From the NCBI GenBank assembly GCA_035689365.1, contig DASSLP010000136.1, positions 1 to 59,575 of the forward strand: a DNA stretch of 59,575 bases, in the 5' to 3' direction. Numbering within the stretch: the first letter of the stretch is position 1; each line of letters starts with the position of its first letter. Positions 41,710 through 52,283 of this stretch are shown one piece after another. Origin of the DNA: Methyloceanibacter sp. (lineage in GTDB: Bacteria; Pseudomonadota; Alphaproteobacteria; Rhizobiales; Methyloligellaceae). The translations under genes and the position numbers were made by a program. The notes under the pieces were generated by a model that saw nothing but the letters and a program-made list of their open reading frames with translations, was not told the DNA's origin and searched no databases.

Positions 41710-43005
41710 TTAGAAGTTGTCTCTGATCCATTCGCCAACCCTGGCGAAGTACCCGGTACCCGTACGCAAGAACCGCTGCTCTGCACGTCCTGAAAGTCTG
41801 TCGTCGCCGCGCTCCCATTGCAGGAGCAGGCCAATGGATGAGGCGAAATCGGGCGCAGCAGCCACGGCGGGGAGCCCGCTCAGCGAGCGGGGACGCCCAA
41901 GCCGCGCGGTGCGTCCGAACATGTTGGTGGCAAGCTCCGCAATTCCGGTGAGCTGGCTTCCGCCACCGGTCAATACGAGATGCTGCGTCGCCTCGGCGGC
42001 CACGCCGCTCGCGGCCAGGCGTCGCCGCATCAAATCGAGAATCTCTTCGATGCGCGGGCGAATGATGAGCGCGAGTTGTGCCTTGGTGATCTGGTTCAGG
42101 CTCGGCTGCGGCAGGCCGGTGACGGCGGGATAGGTGATGATCTCCCGCTCGTCGGAGATCGTGGCGAATGCGCTACCGTGAAGCGTCTTGAGCCGCTCGG
42201 CGTGTTCTAGGGGAGCGCCAAGTGTGCGGGCGATGTCGGTGGTAACGGCGTTGCCGCCGAGCGCGATGCCGTCGGCATGAATGAAATGGCCGTCGGCGAA
42301 CACCGAGAGCGTAGTGGTGCCGGCGCCGAAATCGATGCAAGCCACGCCGAACTTGGCCTCGTCCGGCGTGATCACAGAAAGCGCGCTGGCATAAGGCGCA
42401 GCAACCAGGCTCGCCACACCGAGATGGCAGCGCTCGACGCAAAGCATGATGTTGCGCATCGCCACCCCGTCGGCGGTGACGGCGTGGAGGTCGACCGAAA
42501 GGCGCTCGCCGCACATGCCCTGCGGCTCGCTGATCCCGCTATTCTCATCAATGCGGTAGCTCGTGGGCAGCGCGTGCAGCACGCTCCGCTTGTCGCGGGC
42601 GGCGTATTGGCGGCCTCCGGCAAGCAGCCTCAAAATATCGTCTTCACGCACGGCGCCTGAGGGCAGCGCCACGCTTGCCGAGAAGCTTTCGCTCCTGAGC
42701 CTCCCGCAAGTGACGCTCACATGCACATCTTCGACGGTGACGCCGGCCATGCGCTCTGCCGCATCGACCGCCGAGCGAATGCACGCCTCGGCGCTGTCGA
42801 GATGGGCGACCATGCCGGCTTTGAGGCCCTCGGCGCGGGTGTGATCGAAGCCGAGCACCTCGAATTGCACCGCCTCGCCTTTGCCTTCGAACCAGTCGGG
42901 CGCGGGAGAGGTCTTGGCGATCAGGCAGCAGATCTTGCTCGTGCCGACGTCAAGCGCGGCTACGATGCGCTGGCGTTTGCTCCTGATCGTCGTCGTGTAA
43001 ACCAT
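41710..43005 (-). CDS. ftsA: Cell division protein FtsA
   Basis: LDVGTSKI, IDFGAGTT, AERLK and VLTGGGS. Confidence 0.96.
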   Translation of the reverse strand: MVYTTTIRSKRQRIVAALDVGTSKICCLIAKTSPAPDWFEGKGEAVQFEVLGFDHTRAEGLKAGMVAHLDSAEACIRSAVDAAERMAGVTVEDVHVSVTCGRLRSESFSASVALPSGAVREDDILRLLAGGRQYAARDKRSVLHALPTSYRIDENSGISEPQGMCGERLSVDLHAVTADGVAMRNIMLCVERCHLGVASLVAAPYASALSVITPDEAKFGVACIDFGAGTTTLSVFADGHFIHADGIALGGNAVTTDIARTLGAPLEHAERLKTLHGSAFATISDEREIITYPAVTGLPQPSLNQITKAQLALIIRPRIEEILDLMRRRLAASGVAAEATQHLVLTGGGSQLTGIAELATNMFGRTARLGRPRSLSGLPAVAAAPDFASSIGLLLQWERGDDRLSGRAEQRFLRTGTGYFARVGEWIRDNF

Positions 43006-43029
43006 CCCCCTGTTCCCTCGGACTTCGTG

Positions 43030-44034
43030 TTACGTCTTGCCTTTGGCCTTTGTGCCCTTGGTGCTCGCGGTCGGTTGATCTTCCGGGTTAGCGCCGTCGG
43101 AAGGCGCGACCGATGCCGTCTCGTGCAGACGCACCGTAATCCGATCGAGCAGGCGCAAATCCACAGCGGCAATATCCCGCTCAAGCACGCCATGCTCCTG
43201 CTCGAGCTTGGTGAGCGAAGCGAGCGCCTCGTCGACATTGTCGTCGGGCAGCATCACCTCGACGCCGGATTTCAGTTTCAGCGTCCACCGCCGGTCGCCG
43301 ACTCTAATCGCCCCCAACATCTTTTCTTTCAGATCGGGATAGCGAACGAGGACGGCGAAGAGTTGCGAGGCGCTCTTGCCGGCACCCTCGCCGACGACGA
43401 GCGGAAGATCGGGATAGGCGTCGCGAAGTGCGCGGGTGAGGACGACGCCTTCGTCGTCGACGACATAAGTCTGACCGTCCTTCTGCCAAACGGCATAGGG
43501 CGAGCGCTCCTCGATCACCACCTGAAGCGTCGAAGGAAGGAAGCGCATGACCTGGGCATGTCTAATCCACGGGACCGCCTCGAGCCGTGCCTTGGCGGCA
43601 TCGGTGTCGAAGCCAAGCATCATGGTATTGGGGCCGGCCTTGAGCGCGGCGGTGATATCGGCATCGGTCGCGTGAAGCTGGCCTTCCACGGTGACGCGCT
43701 TCACGCCGAAGCCTGCGGCGACGGCGAGCCGCTCAACGCCTCCGGTGAATAGGTCGATGTCGATGATCTTCGACCTCTGGCCGCCGACCCGGGCGCCATA
43801 GGTGACAGCCGTGGCGAGGAAGAGCACGCAAAGTACGAGCCATTTGCCGCGCATGCGGTCGGGGCCGAGCTTGCCGAGCCGGACGGCCTTGGGGCTGCGC
43901 CTCAGGACCGAGCGCACGCCCGTCAGGGCTGGCACGCGTCGCGAGCCGCGGGGCGCGGCAATGCCGCGCGCAAGTAGGGCATCTTGCGCTCCCCGTCTCC
44001 TCATCTGCCCCCTTCCGGGGTTCAGCGATTGCAC
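43030..44034 (-). CDS. ftsQ: Cell division protein FtsQ
   Basis: TM segment plus POTRA, GDRRWTL and VDLRL. The GTG start has a GGAGG RBS and overlaps the ddl end. Confidence 0.92.
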   Translation of the reverse strand: MQSLNPGRGQMRRRGAQDALLARGIAAPRGSRRVPALTGVRSVLRRSPKAVRLGKLGPDRMRGKWLVLCVLFLATAVTYGARVGGQRSKIIDIDLFTGGVERLAVAAGFGVKRVTVEGQLHATDADITAALKAGPNTMMLGFDTDAAKARLEAVPWIRHAQVMRFLPSTLQVVIEERSPYAVWQKDGQTYVVDDEGVVLTRALRDAYPDLPLVVGEGAGKSASQLFAVLVRYPDLKEKMLGAIRVGDRRWTLKLKSGVEVMLPDDNVDEALASLTKLEQEHGVLERDIAAVDLRLLDRITVRLHETASVAPSDGANPEDQPTASTKGTKAKGKT

Positions 44035-44957
44035 GACGCGTCCTCCACGATCCATTTGACCAGCTCGCCGAATGTGCGGCCGCTATGGGCGGCGAGCTCG
44101 GGCACGAGCGACGTCCCTGTCATTCCGGGCTGGGTGTTGACCTCAAGGCAGATCAGTTCCCCCGTGCCCTCTGGCCGGTCGTCGTAGCGAAAGTCGGAGC
44201 GACTGACCCCACGGCAGCCCAGTGCCCTATGAGCCGCTAGCGACAGCTTCTGTACCAATTGGTAAACATTTGGTTTAAGCGGCGCCGGGAGGACGTGAAT
44301 TGAGCCGCCGGGGGCATATTTTGCGTCATAATCGTAGAAGGCGAGCCCTTCAGCCGGGCGGATTTCGATCACCCCGAGCGCCTCTTCGCCCATAACGGCG
44401 CAAGTCAGCTCCCTTCCGGCGATATAGCGCTCGACCATGACCTCCTCGCCAAGGGACCATTCCGCGCTTGTCAGCTCCTGGGGCGGGTGACGCTGGTCCT
44501 CGCGCACGATGAACACGCCGACGCTTGACCCCTCTGTTGGCGGCTTGATCACGTAAGGGGGCTTCATGGCGTGCGCCTTGGCGACCTCGGTGCGCGAGAG
44601 CACGACGCTCTCGGCGACTGGCACGCCGGCGGCGGCAAGCACGGCCTTGGCGCGCTCCTTGTGCATGGCGAGTGCGGAGGCGAGCACGCCGGAATGGGTG
44701 TAAGGGATGTCGAGCATCTCGAGCAGGCCCTGGATGCAACCATCCTCGCCGTAGCGGCCATGCAGCGCGTTGAAGCAGACGTCCGGCTTGATTTCGGCGA
44801 GGCGCTCGGCGACGTCGCGGCCGACATTGAGCCTGGTCACGCGGTAACCTTGCCCTTCGAGTGCGTCGGCGCAGGCCGCGCCCGAGCGCAGCGACACTTC
44901 TCGTTCGGACGACCACCCGCCCATGAGAACGGCGACGTGAATTTGCTTGGCGGTCAT
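44022..44957 (-). CDS. ddl: D-alanine--D-alanine ligase
   Basis: [31 protein letters not shown] and LEVNTQPG. Confidence 0.97.
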   Translation of the reverse strand: MTAKQIHVAVLMGGWSSEREVSLRSGAACADALEGQGYRVTRLNVGRDVAERLAEIKPDVCFNALHGRYGEDGCIQGLLEMLDIPYTHSGVLASALAMHKERAKAVLAAAGVPVAESVVLSRTEVAKAHAMKPPYVIKPPTEGSSVGVFIVREDQRHPPQELTSAEWSLGEEVMVERYIAGRELTCAVMGEEALGVIEIRPAEGLAFYDYDAKYAPGGSIHVLPAPLKPNVYQLVQKLSLAAHRALGCRGVSRSDFRYDDRPEGTGELICLEVNTQPGMTGTSLVPELAAHSGRTFGELVKWIVEDASCNR

Positions 44958-45000
44958 TCGACCCCCCATCGATTGTCGAGACTAAGTTTCATCCCATCAT

Positions 45001-45078
45001 GTCATCGCCCGGCTCGACCGGGCGATCCAGTAATCACCGCCAGTGGTTACTGGATTACCCGCTTTCGCGGGTAATGAT
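45001..45078. repeat. Composite REP/BIME-like three-hairpin element
   Basis: Three stems: ATCGCCCGG/CCGGGCGAT, TCCAGTAATCAC/GTGGTTACTGGA and ATTACCCGC/GCGGGTAAT. Ends are GTCAT...ATGAT. Confidence 0.85.
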
Positions 45079-45103
45079 ACCGAAAGTGAAAGCGGAGGCC
45101 GGC

Positions 45104-46024
45104 TCAGCGTGGGACGCCGAGGCGCTTGATCTCCCATTCAAGCTCGACGCCGCTAGTCTCCTTCACCCGAGCCCGCACCGTCTCGCCAAGCTCCTCGAGA
45201 TCGGCCCCGCTCGCCTTCCCCTCGTTGATGAGGAAGTTGCAGTGCATCTCCGAGACCTTGGCGTCGCCGACCGAGAGGCCTCGGCAGCCGGCGGCGTCGA
45301 TGAGCTGCCAGGCTTTGTGCCCCTGGGGGTTCTTGAAGGTCGAGCCACCGGTGCGGCTCTTGATGGGTTGCGCCTGCTCGCGATAGGCGGCGATGCCGTC
45401 CATCTCGGCGAGGATCTTCGCAGGTTCCCCAGACTCGCCCTGGAAGAGAGCCTCGGTGAAGATGAGGTCCTCTGGCGCGCCGCAATGGCGATATTCGTAG
45501 TGCAGGTCTGCCACGGGAAGCACGTGGACCTGACCTTTGCGGTCGACGGCGCGCGCCTCGATCACGACCTCGCAGGTCTCACGGCCATGTGCGCCTCCGT
45601 TCATGCGTAGCGCGCCCCCGACACAGCCTGGGATGCCGCGATAGAAGGAGAGGCCGGCGATGCCCGCATCAGCTGCGGCGCGGGCGACCTTCACGTCGGG
45701 CACCGCAGCTCCGGCGCGGAGGCGATGGTCCCCCTCGACCTTGATGTCGCCGAAGCCGCGCCCCAGGCGGATCACCACGCCCTCGATGCCGCCGTCGCGC
45801 ACCAGCAAATTCGAGCCGAGCCCGATCACGGTGACCGGAATGTCGGTTGGCGTCTCGCGCAGGAAATAGGCGAGGTCGGCTTCGTCAGCGGGCGAATAGA
45901 GGACTTCGGCGGGGCCGCCTGCCCTGAACCAGGTGAGATCGGAGAGAGCAGCTTCGGCTTTCAGCTTGCCGCGCAGATCGGGCAGGCTTGCTGTGAGCTT
46001 AGTGATGAGAGCCTCGCCGTTCAT
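45104..46024 (-). CDS. murB: UDP-N-acetylenolpyruvoylglucosamine reductase
   Basis: [23 protein letters not shown] and HCNFLIN. Confidence 0.97.
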   Translation of the reverse strand: MNGEALITKLTASLPDLRGKLKAEAALSDLTWFRAGGPAEVLYSPADEADLAYFLRETPTDIPVTVIGLGSNLLVRDGGIEGVVIRLGRGFGDIKVEGDHRLRAGAAVPDVKVARAAADAGIAGLSFYRGIPGCVGGALRMNGGAHGRETCEVVIEARAVDRKGQVHVLPVADLHYEYRHCGAPEDLIFTEALFQGESGEPAKILAEMDGIAAYREQAQPIKSRTGGSTFKNPQGHKAWQLIDAAGCRGLSVGDAKVSEMHCNFLINEGKASGADLEELGETVRARVKETSGVELEWEIKRLGVPR

Positions 46025-47451
46025 GCTCGGCTCCTCGTCTCGAGCCGCTTAGGCAGCGCGTTCATCCAATCGGTGATGGTGCCGGCGCCAAGCCCAACCA
46101 CGAGGTCGCCCTTCTTTGCCACCGAAGCGACCGTCTCGACCAGCGTGTCCTCACCATCGACGGTTAGCACATGTGGATGGCCGTGACGGCGCAAGCCTGA
46201 GGCGAGCTCGTCGCGGTCGATGCCGGGGATCGGCGCCTCGCCAGCCGAATAGACCGGCGTCACCACCACGATGTCTGCATCGTCGAGGCAGGCTGAGAAC
46301 TCGTTGAACAGGGATTGCAGGCGTGTGTAGCGATGGGGCTGCATCACGGCGATGATCCGCCCGTTGTTGCCGGCCATGCGCGCCGCTCGCAGCACCGAGG
46401 CGATCTCGACCGGGTGGTGCGCGTAATCATCATAGAGCGCGACACCCTGCCATTCGCCGGCGCGACTGAAGCGCCGCTTCACACCTGAGAACTTCGCGAA
46501 GGTCTTGCGAATCACATCGTCGCTGACGCCGGCCTCGGTTGCCGCGGCAAGCGCGGCGAGTGCGTTCAGCGCGTTGTAATGGCCGAGCACGGGAAGCATG
46601 AGGTCTTCGAGTTTGCGCGTGCCGCCTTTCACTGCCGGACCAAGATCGGCATCGAAGGTGATCGTATTGTGGTCGGGGCGTACATTGCTAAGCCTGATAT
46701 CGGCATCGCGCGCGACGCCGTAGGTCAAGGTGCGGCGGCCATTAGCGGCGCCCCCGAGCTTGGCGAGAAGCTCGCGCACTACTGGATGATCGATGCAGGC
46801 GACGGCGAGACCGTAGAACGGGATCGCATCGATGAACTGGCGAAACGCCGCGTGCAGCGCGTCGAGCGACGGCCAATAGTCCATGTGCTCGGAATCGATA
46901 TTGGTCACCACCCCGATCTGAGTGGGCAGCTTGATAAACGTGCCGTCAGACTCGTCGGCCTCGACTACCATCCACTCGCCTTTGCCGATGCGGGCATTCG
47001 TGCCCCAGGCGTTGATGATGCCGCCCGTGATCACCGTCGGGTCGAGGTCGCCGGCTTTGAGAATGTCGGCGATGAGCGACGTGGTGGTGGTCTTGCCGTG
47101 GGTGCCGGTGATCGAGACGGTGGCGCAAGGGCGCATCAGCTCGGCCAGCATCTCGGCACGGCGAATGATTGGGATGCCGCGCTCCCTTGCGGCTTCGAAC
47201 TCTGGATTGCCGGGCTTCACGGCGCTCGAGATGACGAGATAGGCCGCGTCCTTGATGTTGCCCGGGTCGTGGCCAATCAGAGCGGTGATGCCGTGCGCAC
47301 GCAGGCGCTCGAGATTGGCGCCGTCCTTGAGGTCGCTCCCCTGCACGCGATAGCCGCGGGTATGCATCACCTCGGCGATCGCGCTCATGCCGATGCCGCC
47401 GATTCCTACGACATGGAACAGACCCGTCTTGTCGGGCGGAGGCAGATGCAT
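46021..47451 (-). CDS. murC: UDP-MurNAc--L-alanine ligase
   Basis: [23 protein letters not shown] and DDYAHHP. Confidence 0.97.
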   Translation of the reverse strand: MHLPPPDKTGLFHVVGIGGIGMSAIAEVMHTRGYRVQGSDLKDGANLERLRAHGITALIGHDPGNIKDAAYLVISSAVKPGNPEFEAARERGIPIIRRAEMLAELMRPCATVSITGTHGKTTTTSLIADILKAGDLDPTVITGGIINAWGTNARIGKGEWMVVEADESDGTFIKLPTQIGVVTNIDSEHMDYWPSLDALHAAFRQFIDAIPFYGLAVACIDHPVVRELLAKLGGAANGRRTLTYGVARDADIRLSNVRPDHNTITFDADLGPAVKGGTRKLEDLMLPVLGHYNALNALAALAAATEAGVSDDVIRKTFAKFSGVKRRFSRAGEWQGVALYDDYAHHPVEIASVLRAARMAGNNGRIIAVMQPHRYTRLQSLFNEFSACLDDADIVVVTPVYSAGEAPIPGIDRDELASGLRRHGHPHVLTVDGEDTLVETVASVAKKGDLVVGLGAGTITDWMNALPKRLETRSRA

Positions 47452-47468
47452 GTTACGACCTACTCGAC

Positions 47469-48572
47469 TTAACTCTTGCTCTCGGCAAGTTCCTCAGCCA
47501 GATCGCCGAGCTTAGCCACGGCTCTTGTCTCAGCCATGGCTTTCGCCTTTTCCGCGGCCTTTGCCAAGACCTCAGGCGAGGAGAACAGGCGTTCAAGCTC
47601 CTTGGCGAGGCGTTCAGGGCTGAGCTCGCTTTGCCGGATACACCAGCCCCCGCCCCCTTCTTGGAGCCGAGTTGCGTTTTCAAGCTGATCGTTGTCAAGG
47701 GCATGGGGCAGCGGCACAAGCAGGCAGGGCCGCCCGATCGCCATCAGCTCCGCCACGGTCGAGGCTCCGGCGCGGGCGATCACGAGATGCGTCTCCGCAA
47801 TGCGCTCGGGCAGGTCGCGAAAGAAGGGCGCGAGATAGGCAGCGATGCCCGCCTTCTTGTAAGCCTCGCGCAGCTCATCGAGATCTTCCTCGCGCGCCTG
47901 CTGCACGACGGTGAGGCGTTGGCGCATCTCCGCAGGCAGGAGCTTAAGCGCGGCCGGCAAAGCCTCAGAGAAGAAATGTGCGCCTTGGCTTCCGCCGAAG
48001 ACGAGAAGGAGGAGGCGCTGCCCTGGAGCGGGTGGAGCGTAGGCGGTATTGCGATAGGCAAGTACTGCGTCGCGTACCGGAATGCCGGTCAACCGCGCCT
48101 TAGTTTCGGCGTCGGCGCGAAGCAGCTTGGTCGGCTTGAATGACAGCGCAATCTTGTCGACGAAGCGCGCCAGCAGCCGGTTGGCGCGGCCCATGATCGC
48201 GTTCTGCTCGTGGATTGCGGTCGGGATTTTCAGCGTGTTCGCGGCGATGATCGGCGGCAGCGTGGGATAGCCGCCAAAGCCGATGACCGCCATGGGTTTG
48301 AGTTCCTGGAGCAAACGCCGCGCGCCGAGAAAGCCCATGCCGAGCCGCGAGAAGGTCGCCGCGACGGCGACTGGATTGCGGCTGGTGAGCGTCGCCGACG
48401 GGATGCGATGAATGGAGCGGGCCGGAAACTCCACGCCATATTTCTCGGCGCGGATGTCGGTTGCGAGTTCGACGTCATACCCGCGACGGGCAAGCTCCTG
48501 AGCGAGCGCTGCGGCGGGAAAGAGGTGCCCGCCAGTGCCTCCAGCAGCGAGCAGAATCAAGCGGCCACTCAA
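47469..48572 (-). CDS. murG: Lipid II GlcNAc transferase
   Basis: GGTGGH, GFGGY, HEQN, GGSQGA and RAGAST. The TTG start overlaps the ftsW stop. Confidence 0.96.
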   Translation of the reverse strand: MSGRLILLAAGGTGGHLFPAAALAQELARRGYDVELATDIRAEKYGVEFPARSIHRIPSATLTSRNPVAVAATFSRLGMGFLGARRLLQELKPMAVIGFGGYPTLPPIIAANTLKIPTAIHEQNAIMGRANRLLARFVDKIALSFKPTKLLRADAETKARLTGIPVRDAVLAYRNTAYAPPAPGQRLLLLVFGGSQGAHFFSEALPAALKLLPAEMRQRLTVVQQAREEDLDELREAYKKAGIAAYLAPFFRDLPERIAETHLVIARAGASTVAELMAIGRPCLLVPLPHALDNDQLENATRLQEGGGGWCIRQSELSPERLAKELERLFSSPEVLAKAAEKAKAMAETRAVAKLGDLAEELAESKS

Positions 48573-49747
48573 GCCGCCTGCTCCTTGATGCCGGCGTGCT
48601 CCTGATCGGGCTCGGCTGCCACGCTGACGGTGACCCGCCCCGCCATCGGCCGCTTGCGCGTGAGACCCAGCGCAAATCCCATGGTCAGAGCCATGGCGAG
48701 CAGGGAAGAGCCTCCATAAGAGATGAACGGCAACGTCATGCCTTTGGCCGGGAGGAGCCCGACATTCACCGCCATGTTGATGAGCGCCTGAAGGCCGAAC
48801 AGCATGACGAGCCCCGCTACGGCATGCCTGATGAAGCCATCGGGCTCTTGCGAGGCCTTCGACAGGCCGCGCAACACGATGAAGGCGAAGAGGGCAAGCA
48901 GGATCAGGCATGCGATCAAGCCATACTCCTCGGCGGCCACGGCGTAGATAAAGTCGGTGTGCGAGTCTGGTAGCACGTCCTTCACCGTCCCCTCTCCTGG
49001 TCCTTGCCCGAACCAACCGCCATGCAGGAAGGAGTCGATCGACCGGTCGGTCTGATAGGTGTCGCCAGAGGCAGGGTTTAAGAAGCGATCGATGCGCGAG
49101 GCCACATGGGGTGCAAGGAAATAAGCCGACGCCACGCCAGCCATCCCGCCAAGGCCAAGGGCGGCCATCCAGATCAGATTAATGCCAGCCATATAGACGA
49201 GCACGCCCCACACCAAAGTGACGAGGAGCGTCTGGCCGAAATCAGGCTGCATGATGAGCAGGACGACGAACACGGCGTAGAGCGCGACCGCCAATTGGAT
49301 GCCTGGCACGTCGCGCCGCTTCTGCGCCTCATTGAACAGCCACGCGGTCAACACGATGAAGGCGGGCTTTACGAATTCCGACGGCTGCAAGGAAATGAAT
49401 CCGACCTGAAGCCAGCGCTTGGCGCCTTTGATCTCAGGGCCAAGACCGAGGATCAGAGCCATGAGCGCACTGCCGACGAGAAAAATAATGAGGCTCGCAC
49501 GGCGGATCTGCTTCGGCGTCAGGGTCGAGGCCGCGAACATGATGGCGACCGAAGGCAAAAGCAGGGCCGCGTGGCGGCGCACGAAGTGAAACGGCTCGAG
49601 GTCGTATTTCGCGGCTATGGCCGGGCTAGCCGCGAAGGACAGAACGAGGCCGAGACCCATGAGCAGGAGAAGGCCGAAGAACATGAGGCGGTCGACGGTG
49701 AACCACCAGTCTGACAGCACGCTGCGGTCGGCGCGGGTGATCCTCAT
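48569..49747 (-). CDS. ftsW: SEDS peptidoglycan polymerase FtsW
   Basis: GAKRW, QPSEFVK, QPDFG, HTDFI and PFISYGGSS. Confidence 0.97.
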   Translation of the reverse strand: MRITRADRSVLSDWWFTVDRLMFFGLLLLMGLGLVLSFAASPAIAAKYDLEPFHFVRRHAALLLPSVAIMFAASTLTPKQIRRASLIIFLVGSALMALILGLGPEIKGAKRWLQVGFISLQPSEFVKPAFIVLTAWLFNEAQKRRDVPGIQLAVALYAVFVVLLIMQPDFGQTLLVTLVWGVLVYMAGINLIWMAALGLGGMAGVASAYFLAPHVASRIDRFLNPASGDTYQTDRSIDSFLHGGWFGQGPGEGTVKDVLPDSHTDFIYAVAAEEYGLIACLILLALFAFIVLRGLSKASQEPDGFIRHAVAGLVMLFGLQALINMAVNVGLLPAKGMTLPFISYGGSSLLAMALTMGFALGLTRKRPMAGRVTVSVAAEPDQEHAGIKEQAA

Positions 49748-51162
49748 GCCGCCTGCCCCTGCTTAGGCCGTACACTCTCGGCGCCATCGAGGCTCATGAC
49801 GATGGCGCGGAAGGCCTCGCCGCGCTTCTCGAAATTGGCGAACTGGTCGTAGGAGGCGCAAGCGGGCGAGAGCAGCACAACAGGCTCTTCCGCGGACGAG
49901 CGGCCAGCGTCGGCGGTGGCAGTTGCCACGGCTTGGTCGAGCGTGCCGCAATAGATATGAGCCACGGCGCTGCCAAGCTGGCGCGCGAAGGCATCCGCAG
50001 CCTCGCCGATCAGGTAGGCGCGCACAATTCGCGGAAAGAATGGTTCAAGCCCCGCCAAGCCCCCCTCCTTGGGCCTGCCGCCAATGATCCAGTAAATGTC
50101 AGTAAAGCTTGCCAGCGCCTTACCGGCGGCGTCGGCATTGGTCGCCTTGGAGTCATTGACGAACAGGACCTTGCCCCTTTTTGCCACCTGCTCCATGCGG
50201 TGGGAGAGCCCAGCAAAGCTCTGCAAACCTTGGGAAATGGCAGTGGCCGAAAGGCCTTGCGACCGGGCGAGCGCGTCGGCAAAGGCCGCGTTTTGCCAAT
50301 TATGGGCGCCTCTGAGCGAGCCGATCCCGGCGAGATCGACCTGGGCCAGCTCTTTGCCGTCTTCCGTCTCGTGCAATACCCCCTGATCGGCCCAGACGCC
50401 GGTCTTCACAGGACGCCCCACCGCGACACGTTTGACGGCGAATGGTCCCTTCAGCGCGTCGGCCACAGCGCGCGAGGGTTCGTCATCGACGCCCACGACT
50501 GCGGTCGCTCCAGGGCCGAGCTTGGTAAAGACCTGCGCCTTGATGCGCGCATAGTTCTCAAGCGTGCCGTGTCGATCGAGATGGTCCGGAGTGATGTTGA
50601 GAAGCGCGGCGGCATCGGGCGCAACCGAGGGCGCAAGGTCGATCTGAAATGACGAAAGCTCGATCACGTAAGTGAGGTCGGGCGCGAACGGCTCAAGATC
50701 GAGCACCGCCTTGCCGATATTGCCGCCGAGCGCCACGCGCTTTCCGGCGGCTTCCAGGAGATGGGCAGTAAGGGCGGTCGTGGTCGATTTGCCATTGGTA
50801 CCGGTGATGACCACGACCTTACCCGGCGCTTTGTGCTTGGCGCGCTCGCGAAAGAACAGCTCGATATCGCCGATCACCTCGATACCTGCTTCGCGCGCCT
50901 TCTTCACCGCCCAATGCGGCTTGGGGTGGGTCAGCGGAATACCGGGCGCAAGCACGAGAGCTGCGAAGCGCGACCAGTCGGCCGAGGAAAGATCGGTCAG
51001 GGCGAGGCCTGCCGCGAGCGCGTCGGCTCTGCCGTTCTCCTTGTCGTCCCAGGCAAAGACATTGGCGCCGCCGGCCTCGAGCGCGCGCGCCGACGCGATG
51101 CCGCTCAGCCCAAGCCCCAGCACCGCAACGTCGCGGCCTGAGAAGATCGTAACGGGAATCAT
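49744..51162 (-). CDS. murD: UDP-MurNAc-Ala--D-glutamate ligase
   Basis: GLGLSG, GTNGKSTT, ELSSFQ, DHLDRH, NDSKATN and SPACASYDQF. Confidence 0.97.
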   Translation of the reverse strand: MIPVTIFSGRDVAVLGLGLSGIASARALEAGGANVFAWDDKENGRADALAAGLALTDLSSADWSRFAALVLAPGIPLTHPKPHWAVKKAREAGIEVIGDIELFFRERAKHKAPGKVVVITGTNGKSTTTALTAHLLEAAGKRVALGGNIGKAVLDLEPFAPDLTYVIELSSFQIDLAPSVAPDAAALLNITPDHLDRHGTLENYARIKAQVFTKLGPGATAVVGVDDEPSRAVADALKGPFAVKRVAVGRPVKTGVWADQGVLHETEDGKELAQVDLAGIGSLRGAHNWQNAAFADALARSQGLSATAISQGLQSFAGLSHRMEQVAKRGKVLFVNDSKATNADAAGKALASFTDIYWIIGGRPKEGGLAGLEPFFPRIVRAYLIGEAADAFARQLGSAVAHIYCGTLDQAVATATADAGRSSAEEPVVLLSPACASYDQFANFEKRGEAFRAIVMSLDGAESVRPKQGQAA

Positions 51163-51173
51163 GAGATCAGAAC

Positions 51174-52259
51174 TTAGCGCAATTTCAGTGTGGCGAGGCC
51201 GGCTAGCGCCAGCACCACGGCGATGATCCAAAACCTGATCACCACCGTCGATTCTGGCCAGCCCTTCTGCTCGAAATGATGATGCAGCGGCGCCATCCTG
51301 AAAACGCGCACGCCGAACAGCTGATACGAGGTGACCTGCACGATCACCGAAGCTGCTTCGAGCACAAACAGCCCGCCGACGATGGCCAGAACCAATTCAT
51401 GCTTGGTCGCGACGGCGATGGTGCCGATCGCGCCGCCAAGCGCGAGTGACCCGGTATCGCCCATGAAGATGAGCGCTGGCGGCGCATTGAACCACAGGAA
51501 GCCGAGGCCTGCGCCGACCAGTGCCCCGCATACCACGGCGAGCTCGCCGGTTCCCTCAACGAAGTGGATCTGCAAGTAGTCGGCGAACACCACGTTGCCG
51601 ACCAGGTAGGAGATGAAGCCGAACGTGGCTGCGGCGATCATCACCGGCACAATAGCAAGGCCGTCGAGCCCGTCGGTCAGATTTACCGCGTTGCCCGCGC
51701 CCACGATGATGAAGGCGCCGAACGGAATGAAGAACCAGCCGAGATCGACCTCGATAAACTTGAAGAAGGGAATGGCGAGCTCCGTGGAAAGCGGAGCCTC
51801 ACCGACTTTGGCGATAACTGCGGTTGCGATCAGGGCCGCCGCGCCCTCGATAATGATCTTGATGCGGCCGCGAAAGCCTTCGGCCGACTGCTTGGTCACC
51901 TTGAGATAGTCGTCGTAGAGGCCGACCGCGCCATACACGAGGGTAAGCAACAGGACGACCCATACATAAGGATTGCGCAGATTGCCCCACAGCAGGACGG
52001 CGACCGTCACGCCGGACAAGATCATGAGCCCACCCATGGTCGGCGTGCCCTGCTTCTGCAGCAGATGACGCTCCGGGCCTTCTTTCCTGATCGGCTGGCC
52101 CCTGCCCTGACGGATGCGCAAAGACTTGATAATGCGCGGTCCGAACAGGAACACGAACAGAAGCGCGGTGAGCACCGCGCCGCCGGTGCGGAACGTGATG
52201 TAGCGGAAGATATTGAAGATGGGGAGCTCAGGGGTGAACTCGGTCAACCAGTAAAGCAT
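51174..52259 (-). CDS. mraY: Phospho-MurNAc-pentapeptide transferase
   Basis: [22 protein letters not shown] and MAPLHHHFE. Confidence 0.98.
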   Translation of the reverse strand: MLYWLTEFTPELPIFNIFRYITFRTGGAVLTALLFVFLFGPRIIKSLRIRQGRGQPIRKEGPERHLLQKQGTPTMGGLMILSGVTVAVLLWGNLRNPYVWVVLLLTLVYGAVGLYDDYLKVTKQSAEGFRGRIKIIIEGAAALIATAVIAKVGEAPLSTELAIPFFKFIEVDLGWFFIPFGAFIIVGAGNAVNLTDGLDGLAIVPVMIAAATFGFISYLVGNVVFADYLQIHFVEGTGELAVVCGALVGAGLGFLWFNAPPALIFMGDTGSLALGGAIGTIAVATKHELVLAIVGGLFVLEAASVIVQVTSYQLFGVRVFRMAPLHHHFEQKGWPESTVVIRFWIIAVVLALAGLATLKLR

Positions 52260-52283
52260 CCCTTTCCCCGTTTAAGGCCTGGC

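Noticed and set aside
48573-49016. N-terminal extension of murG in the ORF track (similar extensions on ftsI, rsmH, bamD and murD)
   Set aside because: The extensions overlap upstream genes or intergenic DNA; conserved motifs and start/stop overlaps place the starts downstream.
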